From: Tubiluchus corallicola
Lineage: Eukaryota; Animalia; Priapulida
Direction of reading: 5' to 3'
DNA: 64,000 nt
NCBI GenBank assembly: GCA_030141605.1
Contig: JAQGDQ010000221.1
Coordinates: forward strand, 305,102 to 369,101
Under the pieces are notes generated by a model. That model had not been told where the DNA came from, did no database searches, and saw nothing but the letters and a program-made list of their open reading frames with translations. The position numbers and the translations under genes are program-made. Shown here in pieces: positions 38,001 through 49,900 of the stretch (positions within the stretch are counted from its first letter, which is position 1; every line of letters starts with the position of its first letter).

Positions 38001-41000
38001 CTCCAAGGAATGTATGTATTATCTGTCTCACATTTTTAATATTAAATGTCAATACCGGCTGAAATTAAATTCGTCACCAGCCTTCAGTTCAAACAAACTT
38101 GCTATTTTTTCTCAATTCCAATGCCCAACAAAGTGCATTATTGATCTCGCATTGATCAACACGCGATACCGAGCAGCAGATCATGCAAGGCAATTTAGTT
38201 TGCCGAGAAAAGCGGAAAATCGAATTGTGGCTTGGTTAGCTGCAAACCGGAACTGCTGGTTAAGATTTGCACTCTAACTCTAAGACGAATGTGCTTAATC
38301 TTTTGATTGAACCTTTAAGTAAGAATTATTGATCTAAAAGTTCGAGAACCTGTGTATAAGAATGTGATAATCACAATCGTTTTGCAGTTTTCCTATTCAC
38401 TGTGTACAGACTGTCAGTAAAGCAGTGTTAAAACAGCAGTTAGTACCGGCTAAATTTATTATTGTCATGGAATCCACTTTTTGGAAAAAAATTAGAATAA
38501 GGAGCAATTCTATTGTGATGTCACAACATAAAAACTGGTTAAAAACTTATTGCATGAACATTGAACAACAACGAGAATGAGACCAGCACTATAGAACACT
38601 TTATAGAATTACTTGTAATATGTACTACTATAGTAACTATAGAATTACTTATAGTAACTCTATAAAGTACTAGTAGGGCTAATAAGTAGGACATGTACAA
38701 AATTAGCCGACCTACGAATGTCTATGATAAATATCCTGATTTACTGCAGAAGGGACAGTGGCTGAAGTTTGGCTAACACCAAACTTAACATTGTTTTTGT
38801 ATGATTTGATAATAAATTCCATTTCAAAAGTCACATTTTTAAACAAAATAATGTGACAATGAGGCACCTTTAACGTCAATTACCCAATCTAATATACAAG
38901 GATTTATTTCAATGAACTGTTACGACACTGTCCTCAAGATGGCAGACCGTGTCGCCCGTGTGTGACTTCCACCATATCTTATTTACAACCAAGTGCCGTG
39001 ATTGATTTCCTCCATGGGAATCTTTGTCCTTTGCAGGAAATACTGCTGGTCAAGCGCACACTTGCCGATAAAGATTTTCACTCCAGCCTTTAGAATTTTT
39101 TGAACATTAAATTTCAATAAACTGTCAAAGATGCACTGGCGTCTTCTGATACAAAGCCAAATTTATGTGTGCCGGTATTTCCAACGCATTCCGACACAAA
39201 CGTCTAATGAGAAAGTTTTAGCCATCAATTTAACACAGCATGCAAATAATGACGTAAAGCATTATTTTATGAGCGCCCTCTATAACAATAAAATGCCACT
39301 TTACGACATCTTCAGTCTTGTTAACGACTCTGTGTTGTCTTGCTTCAAAATGCATTTTATAATAAATAAATAAAGCTATGTAGTGACTCTTTATAACTTC
39401 GGTGTTAGATCCTTCTAGGTAGAAAATAAGAATGTAGCATTCAGTGCTAAGAATGTTTTTAATTTTTAGCACAAGAATAAACTACATTTTACGAAGGCCA
39501 TGCTACAGAAAACAAATGTACGTCACCTACTATCTTCATACTTTGATTGAAAATGCATCTTGAATCCTTAGCTGTTGTGTATGCCTATTAGTTATTCGGA
39601 TTTCAAAGTGATTTTCATATAAATAGGCTGTTTTAGTCTTGAAAGTTGTCAGAAACTAATATACATTAATATTAGTGATGAAGAGCTATTCAGAAGTGAA
39701 GATATTCATTCTAGCAATCTTTTACATTATAAAATAGCACTTTCTGTAATGAGTGCTGACATTAAGTTATTGAAAGTGCCAAAATTAACAACATACATGC
39801 TCACTGGTTTGCAAAGTAAACTAGTTTTTTACTACAGCTTAATTATTAAACAAGAAAATATAGGTTGCAAAAACTTTGTTATGGTATACAAAGCGAAACA
39901 AGTAAAGCCATCCACTAACAACCCAAAACAAGACAAGGAAGTAATTGGGAAGTTTGAAAGTTTTGTTCCTCAACTGGGACTCGAACCCAGGCCTTTTCAC
40001 TAAATTTTCGGGGTCATTGACAAGAATGAGAAAATATTATTTCTGTGAAATTCAACATGCTAGAAGCACATACATAGAATATTTATTTTCTCCAAAAGTT
40101 TTTTAAATATTATGTAATTATAATCATGGAGCAGGGCAGGGAAGGACCATAGGGTCATCTAGTCTCCTGCCATTTCTTATAAATAGATTAGTATATTAAA
40201 AATTAACGGTAATGCTACAGATAACAAAGACAAAAACATTTAAGAAAAAAAATAATAATAAAAACAGTATAAATGATATAAACTATCAAAAAGAATTGAA
40301 AACAAAAAATAAAAAAGTTAGAACCTAAATCTCAACAAAACAATACAATTATTCAGTAATTATTATATATAGTAGTTTCAAATGGGGTCTTATTAACATT
40401 TGACCAAGGTTAGTGAGTAAAGTTAAAAACTGAGAGTATGGAAAGAAAAAAAAAGAGGCATGCAAGGCATTGGCTTTACAACCAACACTAAAAGCTCAAA
40501 ATTTACCATTATATGGTCATTCAATCTCAAAGTCATTACCACCATGGTCATTCAATCTCAAAGTCATTGCCACCATGGTCATTCAATCTCAAAGTCATTG
40601 CCATCATGGTCATTCAATCTCAAAGTCATTGCCACCATGGTCATTCAATCTCAAAGTCATTGCCACCACTGCTTTCAACTTATAAATGTATGTAAATACT
40701 TACTGATGACCTGAACTTTTATTCCTGCCATCTGAAACAATGGCGCCACCTTTGTTTCATAGATTTTCGGTCCTTTCTGACGTCCCCCAAAGGGATTGAT
40801 AAACACCTGAAGTGATTTTGGTCGAGGAAAGTCTGAAAAAAAGAAGATGAAAGGAAATGACTGATGCCAGATTTATGAAATTACGAGTTTCGCATAATTA
40901 TCAAAAATGACTAGCAATGCATTAGCCTTACGTAGTTTATAATGCTTATCATATATATCATGACTGCATAGTAGACTATTCAAAAAAGTTCTGGACTTCA

Positions 41001-43906
41001 AAGTGAATTTGAAGAAATGTCTGAAACTGAATACACTTTAATAATCGTCAGTTTCGCTCTAATCAGCTAGCAGCGTAATCAAAGCCTGTCAATCAGCCAT
41101 TCAATCTTGAATTTATTCAGTAAAACTCTGCACAGCAGAAAATTGCCTGCACGTAACTCAATAAGAGTTTAATAAATATTTAATTTAATGCCACAGAGTG
41201 GCTGAATCTTAAACAACGTGTGGCAGAACGAGCTTGGTTCGATTACTGATGATGCACAGATTCAAACTGGTCTGACGACCAGATTGGGTTTGTTTTGCTA
41301 CAAAAGTACTCTGACAATGCATTGCACTGAAGTGAGCAAAACTTACAAACTTATATTCAGATATGTAACAGAGCCCGAGTTTAGACTAATAAGCTAGCAT
41401 TCTTAGTTAATAAAACAAATCCGCAAACACAGTCATCCCCAGGTGTACAATCACCTCTGCCTCAGCAAATCACATGTGCGGCAACACTTACATGTTTAGC
41501 AGCAGTTGGATATTCAATAATAAATGTGAATTTTATGGTGTAAGAAAAATTCTGATAGAGGCCTAAAGATGTTTATCAGTTCTACTGCTAGCCAAATCAC
41601 AAATGAACAGACCACATATAAAAAACATGTATAAATTTCCATTTGTAATGTAGATAGATGGGGTAAGTATAGATGATAAACTGCTTAGAAATGATTTTTC
41701 TGGCAATCATCCATCCATTACTAACCAAACTCAGTGTTGTTTAATCTAAGTTGTTAAGCACACTGTGTTTGAAAACATGTTACTGATGTCAGGGATATTT
41801 GCCAAAAGTGAACAATACACAATAAAAATTATACGTACCAGATAAAATTCCTGTAATGTGTTTAATGAAATGCTCGCAAGTATTAGCTTCCTGGCAATGA
41901 AATGTTAGTTGTTGGTCGCGCCACCTATGTTTATGAACACGCTTGATCACATGACAAGTGAAGGCAGTAGTCCCTGATCTGGCGTGCAGTTCGATATTGT
42001 CCTTGGTGTGATCTACAGGGAAATCTGTACGACACGGGTGCACCATAATTATCTCATTGGTCGGTACAGACAGAATGCCTAAAATGCCAAATTACCACAT
42101 GAGTTAAAAACAACCTAGAACCTTAGAAAGGTTAGCTTGTAACTTATGCTGATGAAAACAGTTAATGGATAGCAAAGTTTATACATTTACAAATTTAAAA
42201 AACCTTGAAATTTATTTATCAGATAATAAGATATTTGTATTTTTCGAGCATTAATCAAGAGCAACACTCTTTTAAATGGTAAAAAATAAGCATTAATCAA
42301 AATTCTTATATGCCTAATGAAAGGACAAACGTCTTAAATTGGTCGTGTTTTCTTAAAGTCCCTTACAGCAAACAGAAAAGTAATGTGATGCCACGATTAT
42401 ATTCATGAGCCCGACCTGTTTCAACAGGTGAAAGATTAACTAAGCCTACTAATATAATTAATTATTTATATTCAGTATAACAGATAGGCAGGAATACTTT
42501 TTTGCCTAAAAATTTAATGACATTAAATATTAACGTTGTTTAAATAAACATTAATTATACAATACATCATAGTCAACAACAGCCTGGGTTGTTGGAGTCC
42601 TTTCATGCTCCTGCTTACAAGTTAACTGCACATCTTAAACTAATTTGCACAATATTGAATTTTATGTAAACAATTTTATTGTTTTTTACAATAGGCTACC
42701 TTTGCTGTATAAACTCAAGCAAGACTCAAAGTTGTAAGTTTAGTTTATGAATAATAAATGATAATGGATGAATGTATAAACCCTCTTGGGTTAGGGACAA
42801 ATGAATTAATGATTTTAAAATCAAATTGTTATCTCCTTATTTGTCAAATAATTATTAAAAGTTAATAATACCTATAATATATTGATAAACTAACATAACA
42901 TAAGCAAACACAGTAGTTGGTAAGCCACAAAGATTTTTGAATCCCGTTCATTTAAATACAACACTTTACTTATATAAAACATTAGAACAGCTATCATCAA
43001 AACAGACGTTATTCACAGTAACTTAAACGGCTCTTAACTCTGGTGTATTAGATTATTAGTTCATGCTATATCATGTATTAACCAGAGTTGTAATGATCGT
43101 GATCAAATTTTAAAATCGCACACGACTGCAATAACTTTCTCAATACTTGATCGTGGCAGCATCGTAATTCTAATCTATCATTTCTTTCCAACCTTCAAAA
43201 AATTTTTCAGAATTCCTACTCAATTTTTCGTCATATTTTGTTTTCAAATAAAACAAATAACTGCCAAACACGCACCTGTAATACTCTGTCAGAAACGCAA
43301 TGGGAAAATCTCTGACGCTATTATAACAGTGCAGGGCGAGATTACTGTACTAATGACGAATGGTACTCAACTCAACCCAAAAAATCGTGGCTTCGTATTT
43401 TATATATATCAAGTACTAAATTACTTGATCTGATATCGAAATCAATTTGATCGGGAGTATTATATCGGGATGACAGCCAACACTGGAAATCAATCGTGAT
43501 CATGATCGCAATTAAAAATTTTCTAATGATTGTGCTCGCAGTCATTTTCCTTTATGGTTGCTATCATTTACACTCTTATTCACTGGGTATACCCCACTTC
43601 GGACAGTTAATCTTCGTTAATTTTTGACTCAGTAGGTGAAACGTTTATATCGTAACAGTGCTGAAGTGAATGGAATTGAACTGAATTTAGACGAATGATC
43701 ATCCAACCTATAGTTTGTCCGAAATATGATCATGTAACAGGGAGAATAAAAAACATGTTAAACAGCTTACATTGCAAAGAAAGTCCATTGGGGGTATCTG
43801 AACTTGAAGTTTCCAGCAGCAAGGCTTCTTTTGTTAATCTGAGACATCTCGATTTTCCGCGAAACTCCACAGAAGCAGAAAACAGAGTTTTGCTGCGACT
43901 TGCCAT
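11960..43906 (-). CDS. CERK: Ceramide kinase (PH + DAGK catalytic domains), 11 exons, 543 aa
   Basis: Exons (minus strand): 43906-43771, 42078-41839, 40832-40704, 30187-30121, 25696-25551, 18622-18548, 15347-15089, 14346-14273, 13586-13381, 12585-12413, 12086-11960. All introns are GT-AG, phases are consistent, total 1632 nt. Motifs: PH-like N-terminus (KRVHKHRWRDQQLTF), RPKSLQVFINPFGG, LVCVGGDGMYGEVLNG, RIGIIPAGSTD, YGFYGD...SEQHRWMGPKRYDFSG, CERK-type CxxxCxxC (CRMGCQVC), AHVGDGCADL, SVWNCDGE, VHCQLVRIFARG. Confidence 0.95.
16324..16653 (-). mobile_element. Kolobok-like (TTAA TSD, AGG termini) MITE, internally deleted copy
   Basis: TTAA|AGGAAGACCGGACGATTG ... CAATCATCTGGTTTTCCT|TTAA; both arms match 25849-26776 in inverted orientation. 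Confidence 0.8.
19792..20094. mobile_element. GC-rich 303-bp insertion (SINE-, LINE-UTR- or solo-LTR-like) flanked by 12-bp direct repeats
   Basis: CACAAGATATTA at 19780-19791 and 20095-20106; sharp GC rise against the AT-rich intron; several perfect stems. Confidence 0.55.
20959..21148. repeat. (GA)n microsatellite cluster
   Basis: Long agagag runs with interruptions. Confidence 0.95.
21760..21845. repeat. 43-bp diverged tandem duplication
   Basis: cttttgtctgccaactttccgattttttgcgaccgaagccac / cttttgtctgctaattttccggttttttgccactgaagccac. Confidence 0.8.
22962..23052. repeat. (ATCA)n microsatellite, possibly the 3' tail of a minus-strand L2/CR1-type remnant
   Basis: Perfect caat repeats abutting tttatt (AATAAA on minus); the tail interpretation is inference. 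Confidence 0.9.
24415..24498. repeat. 42-bp perfect tandem duplication
   Basis: taaagaatgaccacggaaggcacagcgtacccccaaatacac x2. Confidence 0.95.
25849..26776 (+). mobile_element. Kolobok-like MITE (longer copy) interrupted by a LINE fragment
   Basis: TTAA|AGGAAAACCGGATGATTG ... CAATCGTCCGGTCTTCCT|TTAA; arms shared with 16324-16653. Confidence 0.8.
26188..26551 (+). mobile_element. 5'-truncated RTE-type non-LTR retrotransposon (ORF C-terminus + tail)
   Basis: Encodes LGIRWPKKISNKDLYEQ...KIKRRRLRWIGHMLRLPDDSPVKIAL...AASRESWHREV, the typical post-RT C-terminus of RTE elements. Ends in a (GAT)n tail. 13-bp TSD TAACACCTATGCA at 26175-26187 and 26552-26564. Confidence 0.9.
27961..28106. mobile_element. 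Short MITE-like element containing interstitial TTAGGG repeats
   Basis: ttagggttagggttagggtggcgttacggttagcgttagagttagggctaggg at 28011-28063; imperfect inverted arms (ttcacaaatccccacacgcaa / ttgcatgggtaattgtaaa); flanks ATAACGTT / ATAACGGT (7/8-bp TSD); GG...CC ends. Confidence 0.55.
30605..30975. mobile_element. Degenerate hAT-like MITE remnant
   Basis: Repeated GGGGCCC subterminal motifs near both ends, as in the element at 52631-53060; TIR and TSD not resolved. Confidence 0.3.
32295..32624. repeat. Foldback-like element with a 13-14-bp minisatellite (CCTGTGACTTTTTA) x ~16
   Basis: Tandem array at 32397-32617; inverted degenerate units (taaagtcgcagg, aatgtcaca) at 32304-32340; ends ...TACCTGGATTCG. 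Confidence 0.85.
33247..33855 (+). mobile_element. piggyBac-like MITE, copy 2
   Basis: TTAA|CCCTTATAGGGCCAC ... GTGACCCTATAAGGG|TTAA: TTAA TSD and CCC/GGG termini. Confidence 0.9.
36519..36965. mobile_element. hAT-superfamily MITE
   Basis: TIRs TAGGGTTACCATA / TATGGTAACCCAA; perfect 8-bp TSD TATATACT (36511-36518, 36966-36973); GTCC subterminal motifs. Confidence 0.85.
39964..40000 (-). pseudogene. tRNA-derived fragment (T-arm/B-box plus 3' acceptor strand)
   Basis: Minus strand GTGAAAAGGC-CTGGG-TTCGAGT-CCCAG-TTGAGGAACA: perfect T-stem and B-box; no D-arm or A-box upstream. Confidence 0.5.
40513..40667. repeat. 31-bp minisatellite x5
   Basis: atggtcattcaatctcaaagtcattgccacc repeated; lies about 35 nt into the intron after CERK exon 3. 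Confidence 0.95.
43083..43577. mobile_element. Degenerate hAT-like MITE
   Basis: Imperfect TIRs CAGAGTTGTAATGAT / ATCATTTACACTCTT; GATCGTGATC motifs near both ends; flanks tattaac / tattcac. Confidence 0.4.
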
Positions 43907-44478
43907 CACAGTCTTATCTCCCTTACTTTCAGCACTGCATTAAAGTGAAACTGCAAGCCTAAGTTCAGAGTCACAGCAAACGAAACTATCACATTATAAC
44001 AATCATCAGCCACAGAAGGCTTCCTTCATTGTATAATGACTGTCTCTTCCGGTCAGTTCAGTGTACTGCGGTTACTAACCCTCGATCAGCTGGTTTTGAT
44101 GTAAATTCGGTGCGCCATCGGTTGGCAAATTTCTGAAACTCGAGTAGATGGGTACTCGCCTTTTTCATGAAAAAAAGATGAACGACATTAAAATTTGAAG
44201 TTGCGCTAAATTAAGTTTAATTTAAGTTTTAGCTTATATTATATTTATTAATACAAGAAATTAATTTTTACTTTAAAAGTGCTTTGGTTATTCATTTACA
44301 CAAATCAGAAAATAAATAACGAAGGAGTACCATACTAACTTCCTCATAGTTGCCAACATGGCGACAAACACGTAATTGTTTTATAAATTTTCAGTGAAAC
44401 AAGTATTTTTTTACTTTACGAAAGCGTCGATGACCCCTTGTTCTCACAAAAAGAAGCATTTGCAAAGAACTAGCTAAT
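43907..44478. promoter_or_regulatory. Putative bidirectional promoter and 5' UTRs shared by CERK and TBC1D22
   Basis: 572 bp between divergent ATGs; ETS/GABP-type CTTCCGGT at 44046-44053 and YY1-type AACATGGCG at 44355-44363. Confidence 0.7.
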
Positions 44479-46917
44479 ATGGATGGCTCAAAAAAGCCGT
44501 TTTGGAAAAAAACGCAGAAGAATTTTCCGGGAAGGTTGTAGTGAAAAATATAAATTTATATTATTATTACTATTTTACATTAAGCTTATGCCAGCAGTAC
44601 TTTTGTAAATAATGTTCATACCTAAAATAACAAATTGGCGTTGTCACAGGTGGTTTTGCTGGTTTGTTGGACTTACATTGCGTTAGAATAATGTCGCAAA
44701 AAAATTAAAAAAGTTAATTATGTAGAAATATGGACAACTGCACATTATATGGCCAAGCCTGAAAGAATTTGTGAATTTTTGCAATACTTCATAATCAAAT
44801 ACATAATGGCATTGACGAAGTATGCACTATGCAGTGCAAATAATCTAATAATCTTTTCTTTTTTTTATGTATCTTGCAACACACGCACTGTATTAATACA
44901 ATTAATTTGGAAACAAAAATGTGAAGAAAGGGCAGCGAAAGACCAATAGGTCATCTAGTCAGCTGCCCTTTGGTTAGTGATGACCATTTTTATAAGTGCT
45001 ATGCTACAGTGTAATACTGTTAGTACTGCTTATAATAAAGATTTAGTTGTTACAAATGACATTAAATTGGTATGCTTATAACGTGTTAACACAATTCATA
45101 CGCAGTAATAATAAGTGCATAACAAAAAAATCAAACAAGAACTGAAAATAAAAATCTGACAGCGGAAACATAAGAACAATGGCAACTGAAATATACTTCA
45201 TAACACAAGCATAATTCTTAGACAGTCAAAAATAAATTATCATGTAAATAATAGAACTGAGAATCAGGTTTATCTATATATTGGTATATTTCTATTGTTA
45301 CTACTGTAATTTATGCTATAATAATTGTTGTGAAGAAGGTGAAACAACATAACGGTGGGTTTTCAGGTTTTGGATTGTCACAAAATACAGGTCAACCAAC
45401 AGTTGTTAGAAACCGAAACCACATTTCGGATAACTGTTCCCTAGGCTAGGTGCAAGTCTTTATGATGTAAAGTTGTGCACAAGGGCAAAGTGATTTAAAT
45501 AATTTTGTCATAAGAAAATTTGCAAAATCACATAATGATACGCATCAACTGTATAGCAATAAAAAGCAGGTACTAAGTCTCATTAACAAGTTCAAGCTAC
45601 ATTTGCTTTAACAAATGCTAGTAAGAATTTGATTTAGCAAATGTGTATGGCAACCAACAAGTGTGCGCTTACTTGCTGTGCTAAAGTGTTGACGGGATTT
45701 GTACAAATATGTATGTTGTCAAGACACCACTGCCAGTTTAGTGCTGGATCCCGGTTTGCAGAGTGCCGAGTGTGGATTATTTCTATACAATTATTCCGAA
45801 TAAAATCTGCTGCGAAGGAGAGACTGTTCTGTTGCTGATTGAGATTTGTACAATAACGACTAGTTTCATTCCATAATGTTTTCTGACCCTGGCATGGCAC
45901 CTGGATGCCAAGAAGTTGTAAAACACAATGTCAAATTAGTTGTGCTATAGAAATTTTAGACATTAAAACAGTGGCTGATAATTATTCGACATGTCTATTT
46001 CACAGAACTTATCAACCTGGATTTTTTTATATTTTTAGCATCAAACCTGTGTATGGTGCACAGCATCCACCGATGAAAGAACCTGTCAGGTATGTAATCT
46101 GCTGTTTATGCTGACTGTAATGCAAATGCTATGCTACATATTATTATAAATACCCTGTATGTGTATGTATGTCATGCTGAATAGCACTTAACTTTCGAAT
46201 AATGTATTAAATAATATTAATCAGCTCTTGTTTTCAGTCAGAAGATAAGATAAGGTAAGGTAAGGTAAGGTAAGGTAAGGTAGGGAAAGATAAGATAAGG
46301 TAAGATAAGGAAAGATAAGGTAAGGAAAGATAAGGTAAGGTAAGATAAGGTAAGGTAAGATAAGGTAAGTAAGGTAAAGTAAGATAAAGTAAGGTAAGGT
46401 AAGGTAAGGTAAGGTAAGGTAAGGTAAGGAGGTAAGGAAAGGAAATTCAAATCAGGTTTTTGATCAGCTCTTGTTAAAATTCTTTCAGGTCTACTTCGTC
46501 TTTTTCGCCGAAGAAGGAGAAATCCAGAGTGAGGCGAAGCTCGTTCTCGGAGTTCGAAAATAAAACTGAGGATGCATGGGATGCGGGAGATGACGACATA
46601 TGCATCATATCGAACGTTCACATATCACCTCGTGAGGCGGAAACAGCAGCATTGGCTGTGATTAATAACCACAAGTCACGCGACCAGGCAGGCAAAACGG
46701 CAACGGCAACGAATGAAACAAATAGAGCAGAAAATAGCGATGCCGAAGTGACAAAAGATGATTCTGAGGATGACAGTGGTGAAAGAGTTATTAGGGGTTA
46801 GTACAACATGAATTCTACTTAATAATCTGCTTCAGTTACGCTGTATCAGTTATGCATGTGGTCACTGATCACACATCTACTTGCACTACTTGGTGTGTGG
46901 CTCTCATAGAGTTTTGT

Positions 46918-46956
<39 letters not shown>

Positions 46957-49900
46957 TACCAGAGCTACTCTACAGTAGCTTTATCAGAGTTTTTGTTACT
47001 GTGTTTACATGATAGTGAAAACTTTTGGTGAACCAGTAATTAGAGTTAGTCATTTTCTTGCAGTTTTACGTCCGGCTCTCTATTAAACAGCAATAGTAGT
47101 GGGACGTCGGTTTCATTTTCATAAGCAATTAGTCAGACATGAAATCGATTCAATAATCTATTATAGTCAGTTTTCAGGCATAGAAAATTAATAATTTTCA
47201 AAATTTTAACAAATTGTTAGTGTAAACACTTCTACATAAGATGCAAACAGTGTTGATGATGTCAAATTCTTTATTTGGATCCAAGTAGAAACCATAGTAC
47301 AGCTACACTAATATCTACACTTTTTGTGCACAATGTTTACCTGGTGATCATATATAATCGTGTCCGCCAGAACACGTATAATCATGGAGCCGCCAGAACA
47401 GAAAATGTCATTTTCCATTGTTTTACAACAAAACAAAACCACGTGCTCGTGCTTATCAGAAACCTTTGCGTCTGAGCAAATGCTGCCAGGGGGATAAGGT
47501 ACTCTCTGGAGGGTAGTGCCATATTGCTTGATTTTACTGCAATGATGACTGTGTTTATTCTACGATTCTTGTGGTTTTTGTAAAAAGTACTTGCATTCCG
47601 CATTGGTAGTGATCGAAAATAAAAGTCCAATCGATTATAATCGATTAATTGGTTCCCCCACAAACCAGCGAACAAACAACCAATCATTATGATTGATGTC
47701 TTTGATTTCAACGTTGTCATAGTGAAAAGGCCAGTGTTTGTGAATGTTTTTGGGTGGTAAAATGCCTTCTCTGAGGAGCTATCCACTGCTTAGTTTGGAA
47801 TTCTTGGATTATATGGTGACCAGATGCTAATGGTTGTAGGGCATTAATCAGTGTTGCTGATAGTTTCTTGAAACAAACCCCAGCCATACATTTCGTAGAG
47901 CTGTAGCATTCGATTATCGGACAAAATTTTTAATCAGAGATTGTATGTGTTTTCTTGTATGTGATGTTTCTTGACTGGTATAACAGTCTTTGTCAATGTC
48001 AAATACAGTTGGAATTTGTTGTTTTTATTCTGCTATGAAAAAATTTCTAGTTTTTATGTAAACACATAAACATCTTAGTAAACGTTTCTAAATTTCTTTT
48101 AGACCAGCCTAGCCCCAGTGGACCAGTGCCAGGAATGGCGGTGAGGCAGATGCCAATACGACATATACCACAGTACAAGCGGTTGCTAGATCGTGACCAT
48201 GACCGCGAAGCCGCTAAAATAGAAAAATTCAAGGCCTTGCTCAGTGCACCCACTGTAAAATTGGGTAACTTGTAATATTTTCATGTGTAGAAAAAATTGT
48301 ACTCCCGTACCTTTTTCTACATTTCCGTCTAGTATTATTAAGATTCAGTGGCAGTGAAAAAACCTGAAATCATTTTATTCGCAAGTAAAAACAACCAGGC
48401 ATGTATTTCGACTAACTGTGCTGTTATCCTAGCTATAAACATTCCGTTATTACATTCTCAGGACTTGAACACACAAATGACTACAGTTAGTGTTTTGTCA
48501 CCCATGACAATTGGCTGCGATATGTAAATTAGTAGCAGACCCTGTCTTCATTTCTTCCATAAATGACAGACAGGTAAAATGCTGTATCTAACACTGAAGT
48601 TTAAATTCTAATTTTTACTTAGTGCTAAGTGCTAAAAAATCTAAATTCTGTATACTGAAAGTTTCATGTAAATATGAGAGTGAGTTTTTTGAAATGCATG
48701 TGAAAATTCGGTGATCTTGTCCCTTAATGATATGACATTAGAATGAAACAAGTTTTTACTGTAAATTCGTATTACTTTCTTCTTGTTTGTTTAGAAGAAC
48801 TAAGAGAGTTGAGTTGGTCAGGAATTCCCCAACATGTACGACCTACAACGTGGCGACTGCTGTCGGTAAGTTGCTACACTCGTGCAGAGCAAATTGGTTA
48901 ATAATTTAACTTTGATTTTGCAGTTTGTGGACTGTGAAACCAAGTTTAGTTGGCTAAAACTTCCATTAACTTTTTGTGGCATTTGTAGGTTACCATTGCA
49001 TTTGTAATGATCATTATTAAATACAGCAATCTTGCAAACGATAGATTATCGAGAAAAGTCTATAGACGAGTTACTAAATCAAGAAAGGTGGCTTTGCCAT
49101 ATTCAGATTAATATATATCATTCTGCTCATCAACGCTAATCCTAAAGAATTTTAAGAATTTTGCTTTCAACTCTTTTCTTCATGCCTAAACATACATGTT
49201 TATCCACTTTTGCTAGCTACAAGTGAAAAATTAAGTTTTTCTTTCTTCCTTTGGCTCTAGGTCCTAATCATAATACTAATTTTAAATACGTAAAGGTTAA
49301 ATTATTATTTAAAGATAGTCATGTGTGTCTCTTCTTTCCCATTATTGAACATTATTTTATTATAAACTAACACATTCGTATAATAATTCAATTTTCATTC
49401 ATCTTAAATGCAAAATCTGATAATTTTTAATTACCTGGTACATGCGCATTAATTAATTAATTATATTAGTAACAATTCTGAGAGGGTGGCTGACCTCGAT
49501 AACTTAAAGTTCTTTCGCCACCTTTTCACCACTAATCAATAATTACTTTTGCACTTTGTAATATTAGTGTACGTTGTACAAATTTATAAATCACTTAGTT
49601 ACGTATTTTGGTATTTTAGAAATGGTGATAAACTAATAAACTTATTTACGTAATTACTTACTTACTTCCCAAACGAGATAAATAGAAGCCATGTGGCAGA
49701 AGAACCAAACAGTTTCAGTTTGCCTGAGAGCCACCCATTCTATTCTCACTAACCAGGCTCTTCGATGCTTAAATGTTTCTTAGCTAAGTTCAAGCATTGA
49801 CCACCCAGTTGTTCCACAGCTCTGTCTCTTTTAGCATTTGATTCATTTAAGTTTTGGAAAAATGTCATGTTTTTGAAAGGGAGTACTTGTAGTGGACTAC

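Noticed and set aside
35470-38277. ORFs of 80-109 aa in CERK intron 3 (35470, 37029, 37301, 37993)
   Set aside because: No recognisable domain; possibly decayed TE sequence, but cannot be named without a search
39964-40040. Functional tRNA gene
   Set aside because: Only the T-arm and 3' acceptor strand are present; no cloverleaf
46238-46621. 127-aa minus-strand ORF with LTLPY repeats
   Set aside because: Antisense read-through of TBC1D22 exon 3 and the GTAAG microsatellite
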